Notes: generated from the letters alone by a model not told the origin. A DNA stretch of 64,000 nt from Hormiphora californensis (GCA_020137815.1 CM035352.1:1860001-1924000), one strand, 5' to 3'. Counted from the stretch's first letter, positions 10,036 to 34,339 are shown. Numbers and translations are program-made.

Positions 10036-13000
10036 ATGTCTCTGGTTAATAAAGTTTGTCTGGTGACAGGTGCCTCCCGAGGTATCGGTCGAGGAATTGC
10101 CCTTGCTCTAGGGAGTCAGGGTGCCACGGTCTACATTACTGGCCGGACACTTGATCTCACTTCAGGCAAACCAGGTACGGTACAAGATATCCTTTCCACC
10201 CCCTTTCCACCCCTTCTTCTTCTTCTTAATCCCCGTTCCCTGTTAGAGACGGTACAATTAATGAAATGCGTATTAAAATTAGTTTTAGAAAATACTGAAT
10301 CTTAATTTCACCAGGTTCCCTTTCTGTCACCGCCCACGAGGTCTCGGAGAGGGGAGGCAATGCAATTCCGGTTCAGTGTGATCACGATTCTGATCAGCAG
10401 ATTCAACTTCTGTTTGATCAAATTGAACGGGATCACGGCAGGATAGATCTTCTTGTCAATAATGCTTTTAAAGGTACAACAAGATCATTTCTCATATAAT
10501 ATCATTTCTTGCCTCAATAAGGGGAAACTCTAACTGAATGGCATCCCATTAATGGGATCCCATCAACAGTAAAACTCTAACTGATAATGAACCACAGTGA
10601 TGGTTCTTTCTCTGTATTCTCTCTGTAGGCAGTACATCTATGTACTGCCTACAGAGAGAATACAGAGAAAGAACTATAGGGCATGCCCGGGCACGGGCGC
10701 GCACACAGAGAGAATACAGAGAAAGAACCATCACTGTGGTCCATTATCAGTTAGAGTTTTACTGTTGATGGGATCCCATTAATGGGATGCCATTCAGTTA
10801 GAGTTTCCCCTAACTGACTTACTTTGACTTACTTACTTTGACTCAATAACTGACTTACTTTGGCTTACTTTGTTATCAAATGCGTCCAAAATACTGTTTT
10901 ATTATTTCGTTGTTATCAAATCCTCTTGACAGGTGTAAAAACTATCACGGCCAATACCACGATTCCATTCTGGGAACAGGAAATGAATTCCTGGGACGAT
11001 GTGATGAATGTGGGCTTGAGGTGTCACTTTGTAGCCAGCCAGAGGGCAGCTAAACTGATGGTCAAGGAGAAGAGTGGGCTTATTGTTAACATCTCATCAG
11101 CTGGTGCTCTGTTCAGCTTCTTTACTGCTCCTTATGGGATCGGGAAAGCAGCGGTAAGTTGGTATTTTCTAGTGGGGTGAGAGGGTGAGCAATACCCTTA
11201 TGCTTAGCACGATTAGAAGTTTAATATAGACTACTAGGTAGCACAGCGCCAATGTATCACATTCAATTGTCAACTCACCCTCTATCTATAACACAGGTGG
11301 ACAAGATGTCTGAGATGTGTGGGAAGGAGTTGGGAAAACACGGCGTCACCATGCTCTCCTTGTGGCCTGGACTGGTGCAAACTGAACACATCATGGAGAT
11401 GAAAGAGGGGATTGAAAAGGCTAAAGTGGTAGGTCTTTTGTTATCTCTCAATTCCTCGACCTTCAGATCTATGCAATGCATACTATGCAGTATGCATCAC
11501 TTGAGTTGCTGAAACTTTCACACGCTGGTAAAAGATAATCACGTTCAAGTCCCAATCTCAGAACGGTATAAAAATGGACGTGTCAAAGGGAGAGACAGTT
11601 GAGTACGCGGGTCGGGCTATCGTAGCACTCATGAACGGTACGTGATAGACAAATCTTGTGATATTATATGTTCTAACTCAGTGAGACATGCCCCTACCCG
11701 GCTCGAACAATTCAATACGGAACGTAATAAATTCCGATTTTGTGTTATCTGGTTGTATGCATCTCGTGTTCTAACCTGTGAAATTTAGGGTGAACTTCCC
11801 TTGCTTGCTAGAAGTGCTTCTTCTGTGGAAGAAATGGCATGATACAAAGAGAGAGGGAGAGAGAGAGAGGAAGAGAGAAGGAGAGAAAGGGGGAGAGACA
11901 GAGAGAAAGAGAGAAGGAGACAGAGAGACAGATAAGAACTTATCCAATTATATAATTACTTGCATGTTGCCCCCAGTATCATCAGCCCTAGCTATACCCA
12001 CCTATCAGATAAGAATCTAAAGGCCAAGAACGGTAAAACTGTTACCACGGGTGATCTAGGATACGAGCTGGGATTCACTGATGTCGATGGTAGGAATCCG
12101 ACCAATCTTTATTCAAACTACTACACAATTTACAATGTTCAACTAGCCATCTTTGGTCACTACAATCTCTCCATTGTACTGTGTAGGATTTTATTATGCC
12201 TATAAGTTGTACCTGAAAACTTATAACACGAGACCGAAGGTCGAGTGTTATAAGTGCAACAATAATGATCCGAGACCACAGGTCGAGGCAGATTCTTGTA
12301 CTTTAGTGCACGAGCCTGCGAGTGCCACTAAGTGTAACTACCTCACGAGCCTGCGAGTGATGTAGTTTTACTTTTTGACCGAGCCTGCGAGGTCTAAAAG
12401 TGTAAGAATCTGGGACATTATTGTTGACGTCAGGTACAACGAAAATATGCATAATAAAATTGCATTGTAAAATTTTTAAAACAAGAGTGAGAGACACTTT
12501 AGGGCGTAACAATAGAGCGAATTCATGATATGGTAGCAGGCAGAGAATAGAGATATCAGTATAAGATAAGATAACGCCTGAGATAGGTAAAGAGAGTGAG
12601 AGATTACTAATTAGTGAGAGTGAGAGAGATAAAGAATGTGTGGGACGTGGTATGGGTCCGGGAGTTCGTAACTGTTATCTTGATCTCGGTGCTGCAACGG
12701 CTTGACAGTGTGAGAGAAGAAAGAGAGAGAGGGAGAGAGTTCGTACACGCTTATCTTTCCAACGGTTTTTAAGTGTGACAGAAACAGTGGAGTATGGAGT
12801 TCGAAGTGCAGCAGTGTTATAAGTTTTCATGTATCACTGGGGGGTGTTATAAGTGAAAACTTATAACACTGGGGGGTGTTATAAGTGAAAACTTATAACA
12901 CTGGGCAGTGTTATAAGTTGTACAAGCAGTGCTACCTAAAGAATTATATTATATCTCAAAATTTTACAATGTACACTGTACAATGTACTCAGTACTCAGG

Positions 13001-13219
13001 ACTTTTAGTCACTACTCAGTAAATTGTACTGTGTACTCATTTGTCAGTCCAATCATGTACTCAGAACAATTCCACTTATTTCCAGGCAGGGAACACGCCC
13101 CAATGAGAAGTATCCGTGGACTGGTATCTTACAGGTCACCCTGGTTGGCAAGTTGGATCCCATCTTTCATTAGGATCCCTTGGAGTATCATTGTCAGCAA
13201 GTTCCATCATTACTACTAG
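10036..13219 (+). CDS. DHRS1: Short-chain dehydrogenase/reductase, DHRS1-like; exons 10036-10174, 10315-10473, 10933-11153, 11297-11428, 11562-11637, 12009-12089, 13086-13219
   Basis: TGASRGIG, LVNNA, NISSAG, YGIGKAA, SLWPG, GETVEYAGR, GFTDVDG motifs; GT-AG introns with consistent phases. Confidence 0.88.
10521..10810. mobile_element. Palindromic MITE in DHRS1 intron 2 with TAA target duplication (PIF/Harbinger-type)
   Basis: GGGGAAACTCTAACTGAATGG... arms of ~105 bp; TAA at 10518-10520 and 10811-10813. Confidence 0.8.
12201..12923. repeat. Probable non-autonomous element in DHRS1 intron 6 with AAACTTATAACAC/GTGTTATAAG subterminal repeats
   Basis: Motif clusters at both ends; TATAAGTTGTAC repeated at 12201 and 12912. 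Confidence 0.4.
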
Positions 13220-13770
13220 ATATGAACTGTCATGGTCCTAGGTGTGTCCTCATGGATTCCAGGACACACCTATATGAAGTAGGATCGGCCGGTGTGTCAA
13301 CAACCTCTTCCAGTTGGCTAATAGGACGGTGTTACAACAACGAGTTTGTAGGACGGTGCATCGGTGTTTCTACTTGGCATCCCATTGCACAGCGGCGAAC
13401 CAGAAGTTTGTATTGGGTTTCCACTTTACCAAATAATTTTCGGACTATTTTTAATAATTGAATTAAGGTTTTCATCCTAAATATTTTGTAGATTTTAGCT
13501 TTGGTTGATTTCTTTTATAATTTACAGACTCAAATAATTTATAGATTGATAACTGTGTTTACTATTCCCGCCCCTGACTTATTATAAGGTCCATTGATTT
13601 AGGTCCTGGACGTCTGCACATTGCCTAACAATCTCCCTCCCTTTTACACCCTGGGTGTAATATCCCCTCTTCTGCTCTCCCTGGTCGCACCTTAACAACA
13701 ACCTCCTTCCCTTTTACCCCCTGGTCGCACCTTAACAACAATCTCCCTCCCATTTAGCCCCACTGTTGCC

Positions 13771-14247
13771 ATGACAACCCCTCTCCCAGCCGTCGCCCGA
13801 TTCTGGGTATACGCCCTACAAGGCATAATGTATGAGCTTTGTTTCACGGCCCTGTGGAACTACTCCACAACCCCGGACCTCCGTCTCATGGGTGAGAGCT
13901 CCATCTGGTCGATCTGGGTGTACGGTGTCGGCGGGTTGGTGTACGAGCTTTGTGTGTGGCGGAATGGACTTCGCCATTATAATGCCCTGTTCCGGATCGT
14001 TGTCTCTGTTTTCTACACCTACCTCTGGGAGTATGGGAACGGGGCGGTGTTGAGGATGTTTGGAGCATGTCCCTGGGATTATACTGAACGAAAATGGAAT
14101 ATCCATGGTCTCATCACCTTTCAGTACGCTCCTGCGTGGGTGTTTGCTGGGATCCTCCATGAGAAAATGATGGAGGTTCTGGAGGGAGTTGAGTGGGGCA
14201 AAAAGGAGGATGTGAAGAATGGTGGAGTGGCTACAAAAGTTGAATAG
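13771..14247 (+). CDS. TMEM229B: TMEM229B-like membrane protein, intronless
   Basis: RFWVYALQG...E...FTA, G.SSIWS...YG, YLWEY..G..LR..GACPWDY, GLIT.QYAP.W pattern of TMEM229. Confidence 0.85.
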   Translation: MTTPLPAVARFWVYALQGIMYELCFTALWNYSTTPDLRLMGESSIWSIWVYGVGGLVYELCVWRNGLRHYNALFRIVVSVFYTYLWEYGNGAVLRMFGACPWDYTERKWNIHGLITFQYAPAWVFAGILHEKMMEVLEGVEWGKKEDVKNGGVATKVE

Positions 14248-15127
14248 GAAGTGATTTGCTACTACCTCTCCTGATGTCCCTATGATACTTAGATCAGGGT
14301 GGAAACCAAATGAAAGGCCAGCTGGCAGCTGCGATAGCTTGGCGTTGAGTGATTAAATCCAATGGGTGTTTTATGCCTTCCATTTATAATGGCATTATAT
14401 GGGGATACATATATCCGTAGGTCCCTATTTATGACAACAGGTCCCTATTTATGACATCAGCTATAACACTTGAGTATTTGTGATGCTACCCAAAACAGCT
14501 ACTAAGTATTTATCAAATGATATTGAATTGCAATGAATCGGCGAAGCCGGTTACTTAATTTAAAGTCTTTTGTCTTTATTCCGATGTGAGTGAATTGTCG
14601 ACGGACGTTATTGTTTTCACAGTAGTATTGAGAGATATTGAGCGCTGATGGTGAAACCAGGTACATTAGGTTTAGTTATTCGGTTACCCTATCATAATCA
14701 GCTTAGTTAACAACTCGAAGGTTTTGTGCCGATATGGTTCACCAGCAGTGCAAGACAGATTGGCAAGATTATATGTATAAGTAGAGATCTTTATTTGTTG
14801 AGAGTATCGAGTTCCGAGCACGTTTTATTAATTTGATTTCGTTTCACTATATGTTTGTATTTGGAGGTCTCGTGTGTGTGTATTTGTTTCTATCCCGCTG
14901 TGAAGTTTTCACATTAATTATTTTGGCCACTAGTGTGGTGGCTATCATCAATTGTTATTAATATATCAAGACTGTATTATTTATCACGCATAAGCTATAA
15001 ATTTATAAATTTATCATTAACACCGTCTTTTAATTCATGCCGTAATACCCGGTCGCACTCCCTAAACTGTCCTCAATTCCCACAACACTAATATGCCTCC
15101 CCTCTATTTAGGACCCACAGCAGTAAC

Positions 15128-18100
15128 ATGGCGGGTATGGGGGTATTCGTGGCGTCTAACTACGCCAACCCAAATGACAACAACAACAATAACCAACAAA
15201 TGCCAACCGGATCAGGTGCAAACCCCGGTTTTATCCCCTCAAACCTGTTCTTCAAAGGTCACCAAACGCTCAAGGAGCAGCTCCAGAGTATGAAGGAGAA
15301 AGAGGTACTGGAGGCAATGCGGAAGATTGTGGAAATGTTGGCTAAAGGCCAAGATGTCTCCGATCTGTTTCCTGATGTTGTCAAGGCGGTTGTGAGTAAA
15401 AGCACCGAGGTTAAAAAGCTGGTTTACATGTACTTGGTGCGGTATGCGGAGGAGCAGCAAGATTTGGCACTCCTCTCAATATCTACCTTCCAGAAAGGTC
15501 TGAAGGACCCGAACCAGCTGATTCGGGCAAGTGCCCTGCGAGTGTTGAGCAGCATTCGTGTGCAAATGATCGTCCCGATCATGATGTTGGCCATCAAAGA
15601 TTCTGTGTCTGACCTGAGTCCCTACGTTCGGAAAACAGCAGCTCACGCTATCCCAAAGTTGTACAGTCTGGATCCTGAACAGAGGGACCAGCTGGTTGAT
15701 GTGGTTGAGAAACTTCTCCAGGATCGGACAACCCTGGTGGCGGGGAGTGCGGTAATGGCATTCGAGCAACTTTGCCCCGAACGGATCGATCTGATCCATA
15801 AGAATTACAGGCGGTTGTGTGCCATTGTCGCGGACATCGACGAGTGGGGCCAGTGCGCTGTCATCACCATGCTGACTCGCTACGCTCGGACTCAGTTCGT
15901 GGACCCTAACAAGAAAAGCGAGGAGAAAAAGGAGGGAGATTCGGAGGAGAGTAGCTCGGAGGAAGAAGACAGTGAAGAAGATTTCATGAACACACTCCGA
16001 ACTGGACCTGTAGATATGGTTGATCCTGATCTCCGATTACTCCTCCAGGCTTGTCGCCCTCTTCTACAAAGCAGGAACTCTGCTGTGGTAATGCAGGTGG
16101 CTCAGATGTTCTACCATTGTGCCCCAGAGAGCGAGATAATCCACGTGGTCAAGGCCCTGATCCGACTTCTCAAGGGTAAAAGAGAGGCCCAGCTGATCGT
16201 GCTGACTAACATCACCACAATGTCAGCCAGACACAGGAACCTCTTTGACCAGCACATGAAATCATTCTTTGTCAACGCATCCGATCCCACCCAGATCCGG
16301 TTATTGAAGTTGGAGATTCTCACTAACATTGCAACTGAGTCCAACATAGGGGTACTGCTTAGGGAGTTCCAAACCTACGTGTACTCCAGCGATAAGGAGT
16401 TCGCTGCGGCTACTGTCCATGCCATTGGGAGGTGTGCAGCTGAGATAAAAGAGATAACAGATGTGTGTCTTCATGGTCTGATGAACCTCATCAGCACTAA
16501 GGATGACACAGTTGTGGGTGAGAGTGTGATTGTCATCAAGAAGCTTCTTCAGATGCAGAACTCTGATAAATCGTCCATCATCAAAAGAATGACCCGCCTG
16601 CTTGGATCTGTGACTGTACCCCTTGCCAGGGCTTCAATCCTCTGGCTGGTTGGGGAGTATGTCGAGAAAGTACCCAAGTTGGCCCCTGATGTCCTACGTA
16701 AAATGGCAAAATCCTTCCCGAATGAGGAAGACATTGTGAAGTTACAAGTGCTAAACCTGGCCGCCAAAGCGTGGATTGTAAACAACAAGAAAATCACCCT
16801 TCTTGTTCCCTACATCCTCGCCCAGGCCAAGTACGATCTCAACTACGATATTCGTGATAGAGAGCGGTTCATTCGAAAGGTACTGTGCCCCAACTCGGAA
16901 ACCCCCTCACCCCTTGAGAAGTACGCCAAGAAGTTCTTCATGACATCCAAGCCACCCCCGAACCTGAGGAGCAGTTTCAAGAACCGAGACGAGTACCAAC
17001 TTGGAAGTCTATCACATATGCTGAACAGCACTATCATGGGATACCAGGCCCTTCCAATCTTCCCCGATGTGCCCTCTGATAGTACCCTGAGGGACGTTGT
17101 GGATACCTCCTGGGCAGCTCCGGCGACCCCCGAACAGGGGCTTCTCCGTGGACCACCCAACAAGGGACGTGGCTTCTACTCAGAGTCGGAGGGAGAGGAA
17201 AGTAGTGAGGAAGATAGCGAGGAAGAGGAGAGTGATAGTGACGAGGAATCGGATGAGGAATCGGACGAAGATGAGTCTGAAGATGAGTCTGAAGATGAAG
17301 AGAATGACGAGGAGGAGTCTTCTGAGGAGGAGTCGGATTCTTCTGAAGAGGTAGAGTCGAGTGAGGAGGAGTCTAGTAGTGAAGAAGAGGCACCTCCTCC
17401 TCCAAAATCGTCCAAGAAGAAGACCGCTCCAAATAAAACGGAGACACTCCTAGATTTTGGTGATCCTGTTGTGTCGGATACTCCACCGGTGATCACAGCG
17501 GTGCAGCAGCAGTCTAACATTGGATGAGTTGCTAGGAGGTGACCTTGGTGGTCTATCTCTTGGTGGTGAAACCCTCTCCACCTCTCCAGGTGGGGGAGGT
17601 GCTAACTACAACTCTCTGGAGGGGACTCTCCCGGCCTTCCCACGAGTTACTTCACCGATTATCCGGGGGAGGCCTCAGCATTGACTTATTCCTTCCCCCG
17701 AACTGAGAGCGGGGAAGGAGGTTCCGTTCCCATTTCCCTGACCTTTAATAACACCTACTGATCAGGATATTACGGATGTTAGAATTGAGGATCTAGACGG
17801 GAAGGGCAGTGTTACTATGGATGATTGGATTGGAATTCCGGTGATTCCTTCTGGCCAGACAAGCCAAACATGCCTTTACATTAACTTTAACGACACCCTT
17901 CAACCAGCCAAGTTTACTAATTAGCTGCAACAAGGGGAGGTACCCGGTTATAATCCAGCCTCCTGTCGGGGAGCTTCTCTGTTCCCCCAAGTGCTCGTAG
18001 AATCAGAGTTTGATGAGCTAAGGGGCAAGTTGTCCGGCATGCACGAGACCTCCGGGGAGTGTGATAGTGGCGGGAAGAGCGCTTCGGAGATTTCCCAGCT

Positions 18101-18308
18101 TGTCTCATCCAGGATATCGTCATCTTTGTGTTTCTGTGGTGACCCTAACTCTCTAAAGTTTGGTTCTAAGACCGTGGCTACTGAGAAGATGTTGCTGGTT
18201 TCACTGGATGTTGGTGAGGATGGGAAGGTGAAGGTTATTGTTAACAGTGAGGCAGTAGTTCTTGGCTCCATGATTTTGAAGGATTTGGTTAAAGGAATTG
18301 GAAAGTAG
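15128..18308 (+). CDS. AP3B1: AP-3 complex beta subunit, intronless; several apparent 1-nt insertions at 17520-17960
   Basis: Adaptin N domain (KKLVYMYLVRYAEEQQDLALLSISTFQ, YDLNYDIRDR), acidic hinge, ear fragments HELLHR...YSFPR and C-terminal VNSEAVVLGSMILKDL (ORF 17991..18308). Confidence 0.9.
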
Positions 18309-18635
18309 AAATTTGTTTTGGCCTGGCGCCAAGTGCTATAATAATGTGATTTGTGACGTATATCTTATTTTTGAAAGAGACTGCTTTGTCTGTAATTGTA
18401 CGCCCAAGTTTTAAATTTAAAGACCCGGGGGAATTATGAAATGTTTTTGTTCTTTACAACTAATTGACTCTATATTAGCTTCTTTAAATGTGAATGTAAC
18501 GATGAGAATATTCTGTGTTTCATTCTATCCCCGTTGTAATGCCAAATTCTGATCCCCTCTCCCTCTCTCTCTCCCTGCCGCTGTCTCCCCTCTCCCTCCC
18601 TCTCTCAACCCTATCCCCCTTCTCCCTCTAGCACC

Positions 18636-21581
18636 ATGCCACTAACAGAATCGACGCCGTTGGTCCAACACGAAAGTCTTGGTAATGGTAGACCTCCTGT
18701 AGCTGATGATTTGGCATTTCTCGAGGAGTCTGATCCCCTTTCCCGGAGTTTCTCTGTGGTTCTCGGTCCGCGGGAGAGGGAGGATGAGAACAGTAAATTG
18801 ACTGCGTTTGAAACTTTTGTAACTTTCATCAAGGGGAACACAGGGCCAGGTATGTACGTTATTATGTTTGGATATAACGAAAAATAATGGACCTTGACGA
18901 CTCGTATATTATTTTCGAGTTTGTTACTTAAATCGTGTTCATCTAGGTAAAAACTAACCTCCCTCCCAAACCACAGGGTTTCTCAGTATACCATTTGCAT
19001 TCTCTCTGGTCGGTCTGGTCCTGGGGCCACCTGCCCTTACATTTGTGGCGGGTCTCTGTTACTACTGTATGTTGCTCCTTCTACGGTGTGCGGATCATAT
19101 ATCCATCAAGACTAGCAAGGCTGCCCCAACTTATGGGGATGTGTTACAGTATGCTTTCAAAGTAGGTGCTGGAAGAGTGGGCTGGGGAGTATATTCAGTC
19201 TACTATAAACACAATTAAATGTCGATATTTGTCTTCCTAAAGAGAGCGGTTTGGGAGGCTGGGAAGTTCCTCATTTATTTACCTTCTGTTCCTTCAGGAA
19301 AAGTTTGGAGGTACCGGACAGATAGGACGACGACTTGTTAATGGTTGCATCATTTTAACTCAGTTTGGATTCTGTTCAGTGTATTTTGGTGTGATATCAA
19401 CTAACATAAAGACGGTGGTAGATTCGTATGGAGCACGATTAGCCCTCATCGATGTAAAGGTAAAGATCTTATAATGATTAATGGGCCCGAACTTATCTCT
19501 ATGTCTTCCCCCTAATTCTCACCCCAGGGCCCAGTCCCCATATTCAATTATAATATCCTCCGTGTAGACATTTACTCCAACCGCGCCGGGTCTATATACT
19601 ACCCTAATACCCTTGTTGTATCCACCCAGGTCTATATGATCCTGATCCTAACTCCCATCATGATGACCACTTTCATCTGGAACATCAAGAGCCTGGCCTG
19701 GGTATCAGTTGGGGGAACCATATCAATCCTAGCTGGCATTGCCATCACTATTGTCTACAGTTGCATCCACGCCTCCTTCCATGATCTCTCACCCCTTTAC
19801 TTTGGAAATGCGAGGAATATTCCAATTTTCTTTGGCATGGCCATCTACTCCTTTGAAGGAATCTGTGAGTAAGAGAGAATGAGAAGCAGGATAGTAATGT
19901 TAGGGTGGTTCGGAATAGTATACAGGGTGTCTAAAAAATGTTGATCCCTTCTTCTACCCCTCTCTGGCTCCTTGCTAACCCCCCCTCCCTCCAGGTTGGA
20001 TCCTGCCCCTCTCTGGCTCCTTGCTAACCCCCCCTCCCCAGGTTGGATCCTGCCCCTCTCTGTCTCCTTGCTAACCCCCCTCCCTAGGTTGGATCCTGCC
20101 CCTCTCTGTCTCCTTGCTAACCCCCCTCCCTAGGTTGGATCCTGCCCCTCTCTGTCTCCTTGCTAACCCCCCTCCCTAGGTTGGATCCTGCCCCTCTCTG
20201 TCTCCTTGCTAACCCCCCCTCCCTAGGTTGGATCCTGCCCCTCTCTGGCTCCTTGCTAACCCCCCCCCCTCCCTAGGTTGGATCCTGCCCCTCTCTGGCT
20301 CGTTGCTAACCCCCCTCCACAGGTTGGATCCTGCCCCTCTCTGTCTCGTTGCTAACCCCCCCCTCCCCAGGTTGGATCCTGCCCCTCTCTGTCTCCTTGC
20401 TAACCCCCCTCTCCAGGTTGGATCCTGCCCCTCTCTGGCTCCTTGCTAACCTCCCCTCTCCAGGTTGGATCCTGCCCCTTAAGAACGAGATGAGGGAACC
20501 CAGGAAGTTTCCCCTGGTTCTCAGTTGGGGCATGCTTTGTATTCTACTCGGGCAGGTATTTCTGGGTGTCGTGGCATACATCTGTTTCAAGGAAAAGACG
20601 TTGGGAGTTATTACGTGAGTAGGACCTAGTGTAAAAACAGATCAAATTAATAAAGTTCATTGATTGACGATTATCTCAGTTTGTCCATAAACTTCTATCA
20701 ACTGTTTAAAAACAGATCCTTTTTAAATATTTGAAAGACCCAGTTTTTCAAACTATACCAACTCCATCCCCTCTCAGGTTCAGTATGGGGGACACGGGAG
20801 TACTTGGAATAATCGCCATCATCTCAGTGGCACTATGTGTCTACTTCACCTACCCAATCATGTTCTACATCCCCATTGAAGCGATGTTACCTTTCTTCCT
20901 TGACCTTCTCTCAACCTTCCTATCTCCCTACTCTATACATGTTCGTAGATCTAACACTGTCAGAGCATTGGCCTGACAGATCTGACACAATTAGGTATTA
21001 ATATTCTTGTTTTAGTATACTGCTAACCACCAGACAGGGTAATAGTGGAGTAACCAAGAGGTTGTCGGTTTGATCCCTCCCCAGATATTTTTCGAATTTC
21101 CTCCACATTTAATCCTGACCAGATCTCATTCTGGATACTATACTCTTACTATAATATCCATTTTTGTTTCAGTTTTGGTTGCGGACAACGTTTGTGTTGG
21201 TTACGTGTTTTCTGGCCATTGTGATACCACACGTGGACCTCTTTATAGCCCTGATTGGAGCATTCGCCTGTACTGCACTCGCCTTGATCTTCCCTCCTAT
21301 CGCTTACTTACTGGTAACTGTCCTTCTCTCCTGTGTCATGGAAGAGGGTCATGTTTTTTATATATGGGGCAGCAGAGAGTAGACCTTGTAAACTTCCTTT
21401 TTATAACTCCCATTCCCTCCAGTTGTTTAAGCCGACCCGTTGGGAAAAGGCCTTCTGTTATTTCATTCTTGCCTTTGGAATGATTGGTGCCGTGTCTGGC
21501 ACATTCTTTGCATCAAAAGACATTGTGTGTGCGCTATCGGGTCTCCCTGTTGGGGGCTCTTTCCCTTGTAAAGAACCCTAG
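18636..21581 (+). CDS. SLC36A: Proton-coupled amino acid transporter (SLC36 family); exons ~18636-18849, 18977-19161, 19298-19459, 19630-19864, 20464-20614, 20778-20940, 21173-21313, 21423-21581
   Basis: KGNTGPGFLSIPFAF, TQFGFCSVY, FFGMAIYSFEGI, LPLKNEMREP, FTYP, LIGAFACTALALIFPP motifs with GT-AG introns. Confidence 0.87.
19955..20479 (+). repeat. Tandem array, 11 x ~46-50 bp, each spanning the intron 4/exon 5 junction of SLC36
   Basis: Unit CTCTCTG(G/T)CTCCTTGCTAAC-Cn-TCCYAG|GTTGGATCCTGCCC; the last copy is the coding acceptor (20463/20464). Confidence 0.9.
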
Positions 21582-22002
21582 TTATAGAACCTTGGTCAGG
21601 ATCAAGGGCTGCTATGACAGATCTTTGTTTCGTTTTATGAAACGTATTGTGATACAAAACTTATAGAAATACATGAATGTTTTCGTATGTAATGGGTGAT
21701 TTTTTAATTTTCAGATTATTTTTGTTTGACATCTTGTGTGAGTTTGGTGAATCAATTTTGTAAATTTTGTGTTTTTCTGGCTGACGATAATATGCATTGG
21801 ATTTATGTACAACTTCTTATCAGGAAACATGATAAAACTTGCTTAGCAGGTTTAAAATGTCTGTCACCTGACCTGTCCCCCACACACAACAACCAACTAT
21901 CATATTTCCCTTCCTCTATTCAACATCCTAATACACCCCCATTCTTTTTTAAAATGTTCCTTATTAATTTTAGACTATTATTATATCCTATTTCTAGCTG
22001 TT

Positions 22003-26261
<4,259 letters not shown>

Positions 26262-26924
26262 GGGGATCAGAGATCATCTAGTTGTTACACTGTAACATGT
26301 TGAGAGAAGACAGCATGGGACAATATAGGTAATGGTGGTACAGAGCCAGAGACTCTAATTGCACAGACTCAACAAGACTCTGAGGAATTGGGTAGTATTT
26401 ATCAGATTCATGCAGTATTTCACGTTGTAAAATAACATTTTGTATGTGACATGAATGAAGAAAAAAAATCAGGTATCTGATAAGTTTGCAAAGATTATCC
26501 ACTTATTCCTGGCCCCTCCCCAAATTGAATATAACCTCCTCATCATTTTATCATTTTATAACAGCTCCCCTTCCTACTAAATAGCTCCGATCGTATGACA
26601 TGCTATGACGGTGTGCTCGACTAACGACGAGTATATTATAACTGCTTCGGAAGATGAAATCTGACAAGAATGTGAGTCGGCGAGCTAGTGTCTTAAGAAG
26701 GTCACTGATCTCGAGTGGACCTTAGGTGGCTTCCCGGCTCAAGCTTCACAAATGAATTGCCATGTCGGCACGTGAACGGTAAGTAGGGGGCAGAGAGAGG
26801 GAGGGGGAGAGAGATGCATTATATCGACAGATCTCCGAGATGTTGTGGTGAGATGGGAGTTGGGCGGCCCCCGTTATATCACGTGTTTCCCTATCTCTCT
26901 CTCCTCTCTTCTCTCTCTCTCTCA

Positions 26925-26996
<72 letters not shown>

Positions 26997-27634
26997 ACTT
27001 TCTATTCTTTCAGTATTGCCTAGTCATTGAACCCTTCCAATAGAAGACCCGTGCGCCTTTCCTTTGACAATAGTTTGCGTCCTTTTTCCCGACAACTTCT
27101 GACACATTTCTGTAGTGTAATTGCGGCCTGGGAGTTGCACTAAGCTAGCCCTGTCATGCATTTGTTGATCTTCTACCCCTCTCTATTGCTCTGTATTGAT
27201 GTGTACCAAAAAGGTATCGGCGGCTACTTGTTTTGCTGCGATCTCTCTTACTTGTTGTTTATCCACTGTTATCGACTTGAAGCATGTAGCGCGTCATGGC
27301 GAGCTGCAATCATCATGGTCGGGGCAATATATGGAGAGAGTGACACATGCAGCTGCATTGAGAAAACAAGAGCTGAGTGACACCATGTGTAACTCAAGAA
27401 GAAGGTTGCGGTCTATTCTTTGTCATCAATGATAGTAGTTCAAACACTATCAAATTCGCTTTGAAACCGATATACAACAAGTTCTTGAAAAAGCTCCATT
27501 TGTCGGAGATGTGTCGCTGGTGATATAAAAATGAGCCTGGTCGGCGGTGGTTCTACAATTGAAAAGGGAGCCGCTCAAGTGGAACGATGTGAATCGAGCA
27601 TGGCACACACACATACCTAACAACGAACTGGTGG

Positions 27635-27772
<138 letters not shown>

Positions 27773-28155
27773 TGATTTATAGTTGATTTTGTTCCCTGTC
27801 CCTTCTCCCTATCTTCTCAACCATCCCCAGTGCACGGTGTCCCCTTTAGTTAGAAACGGCACGCCGAAACGGCAGAGAGCGCTAGTTGAATGGGTTGATT
27901 GTGTCGGTGTGTTAACAGCGGCATACCCTAAGGAGCGGGAGAGTTGCTTGTCTGAAGAGTAGCGACAGAGGGAACAGGGAAGGAGAGAGAGAGAAAGAGA
28001 GATAGGCGATACAGAGAAAGCACAGATTGAAGCACAGGAAGAGAGATCCGCAGGGTAGGGTGGAGTTGTGAGAGACATTTAACGCCGTGATTCGAGATCT
28101 TCTTTGAGAGATAACTGTCCGAAACAGCGGAAAAATCTATTTCACCTTTTTGCTA

Positions 28156-28210
<55 letters not shown>

Positions 28211-28370
28211 CCCGGCCTCTAAGCGCGGGTGTCCCTCCCGGCACTACTTGGCGGGGCCGGTTCCCTTTGTCAGATCCACAGTAAGCCTCACACTCTGTGT
28301 AGTTATTCCGCTTACGTTTCGCTCAGCTACTGCGTGACATTTTGGTTAGAGTTAGTGAGAAGAGAAAAAA

Positions 28371-34065
<5,695 letters not shown>

Positions 34066-34339
34066 ATCACGTGCAGTGATCATGGTGGAAAATTTAACAA
34101 CAAAACAAGGAAGGGAAGAGAGCTAAGGTGAACTGAGATTTGTGAAGCGGCGTGGCTGTTGGCCACACAAACTTGAACAACAGAACTTTATCAGAGACTG
34201 AATCACGTGTGTAATTGAAAGGACAAAACATAAAACAATGATAGAACGACTAAGTGAGATAGATAAAGTGTGTCAAGATATGATCAAAATTAAATTTTGA
34301 AAGAGAGTGACGCAGTGGCACAGGAGAGGCTCTTGAAAA

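Noticed and set aside
17520-17960. AP3B truncation or RNA editing
   Set aside because: A cluster of apparent 1-nt insertions with recognisable ear-domain peptides in shifting frames fits a poorly polished segment.
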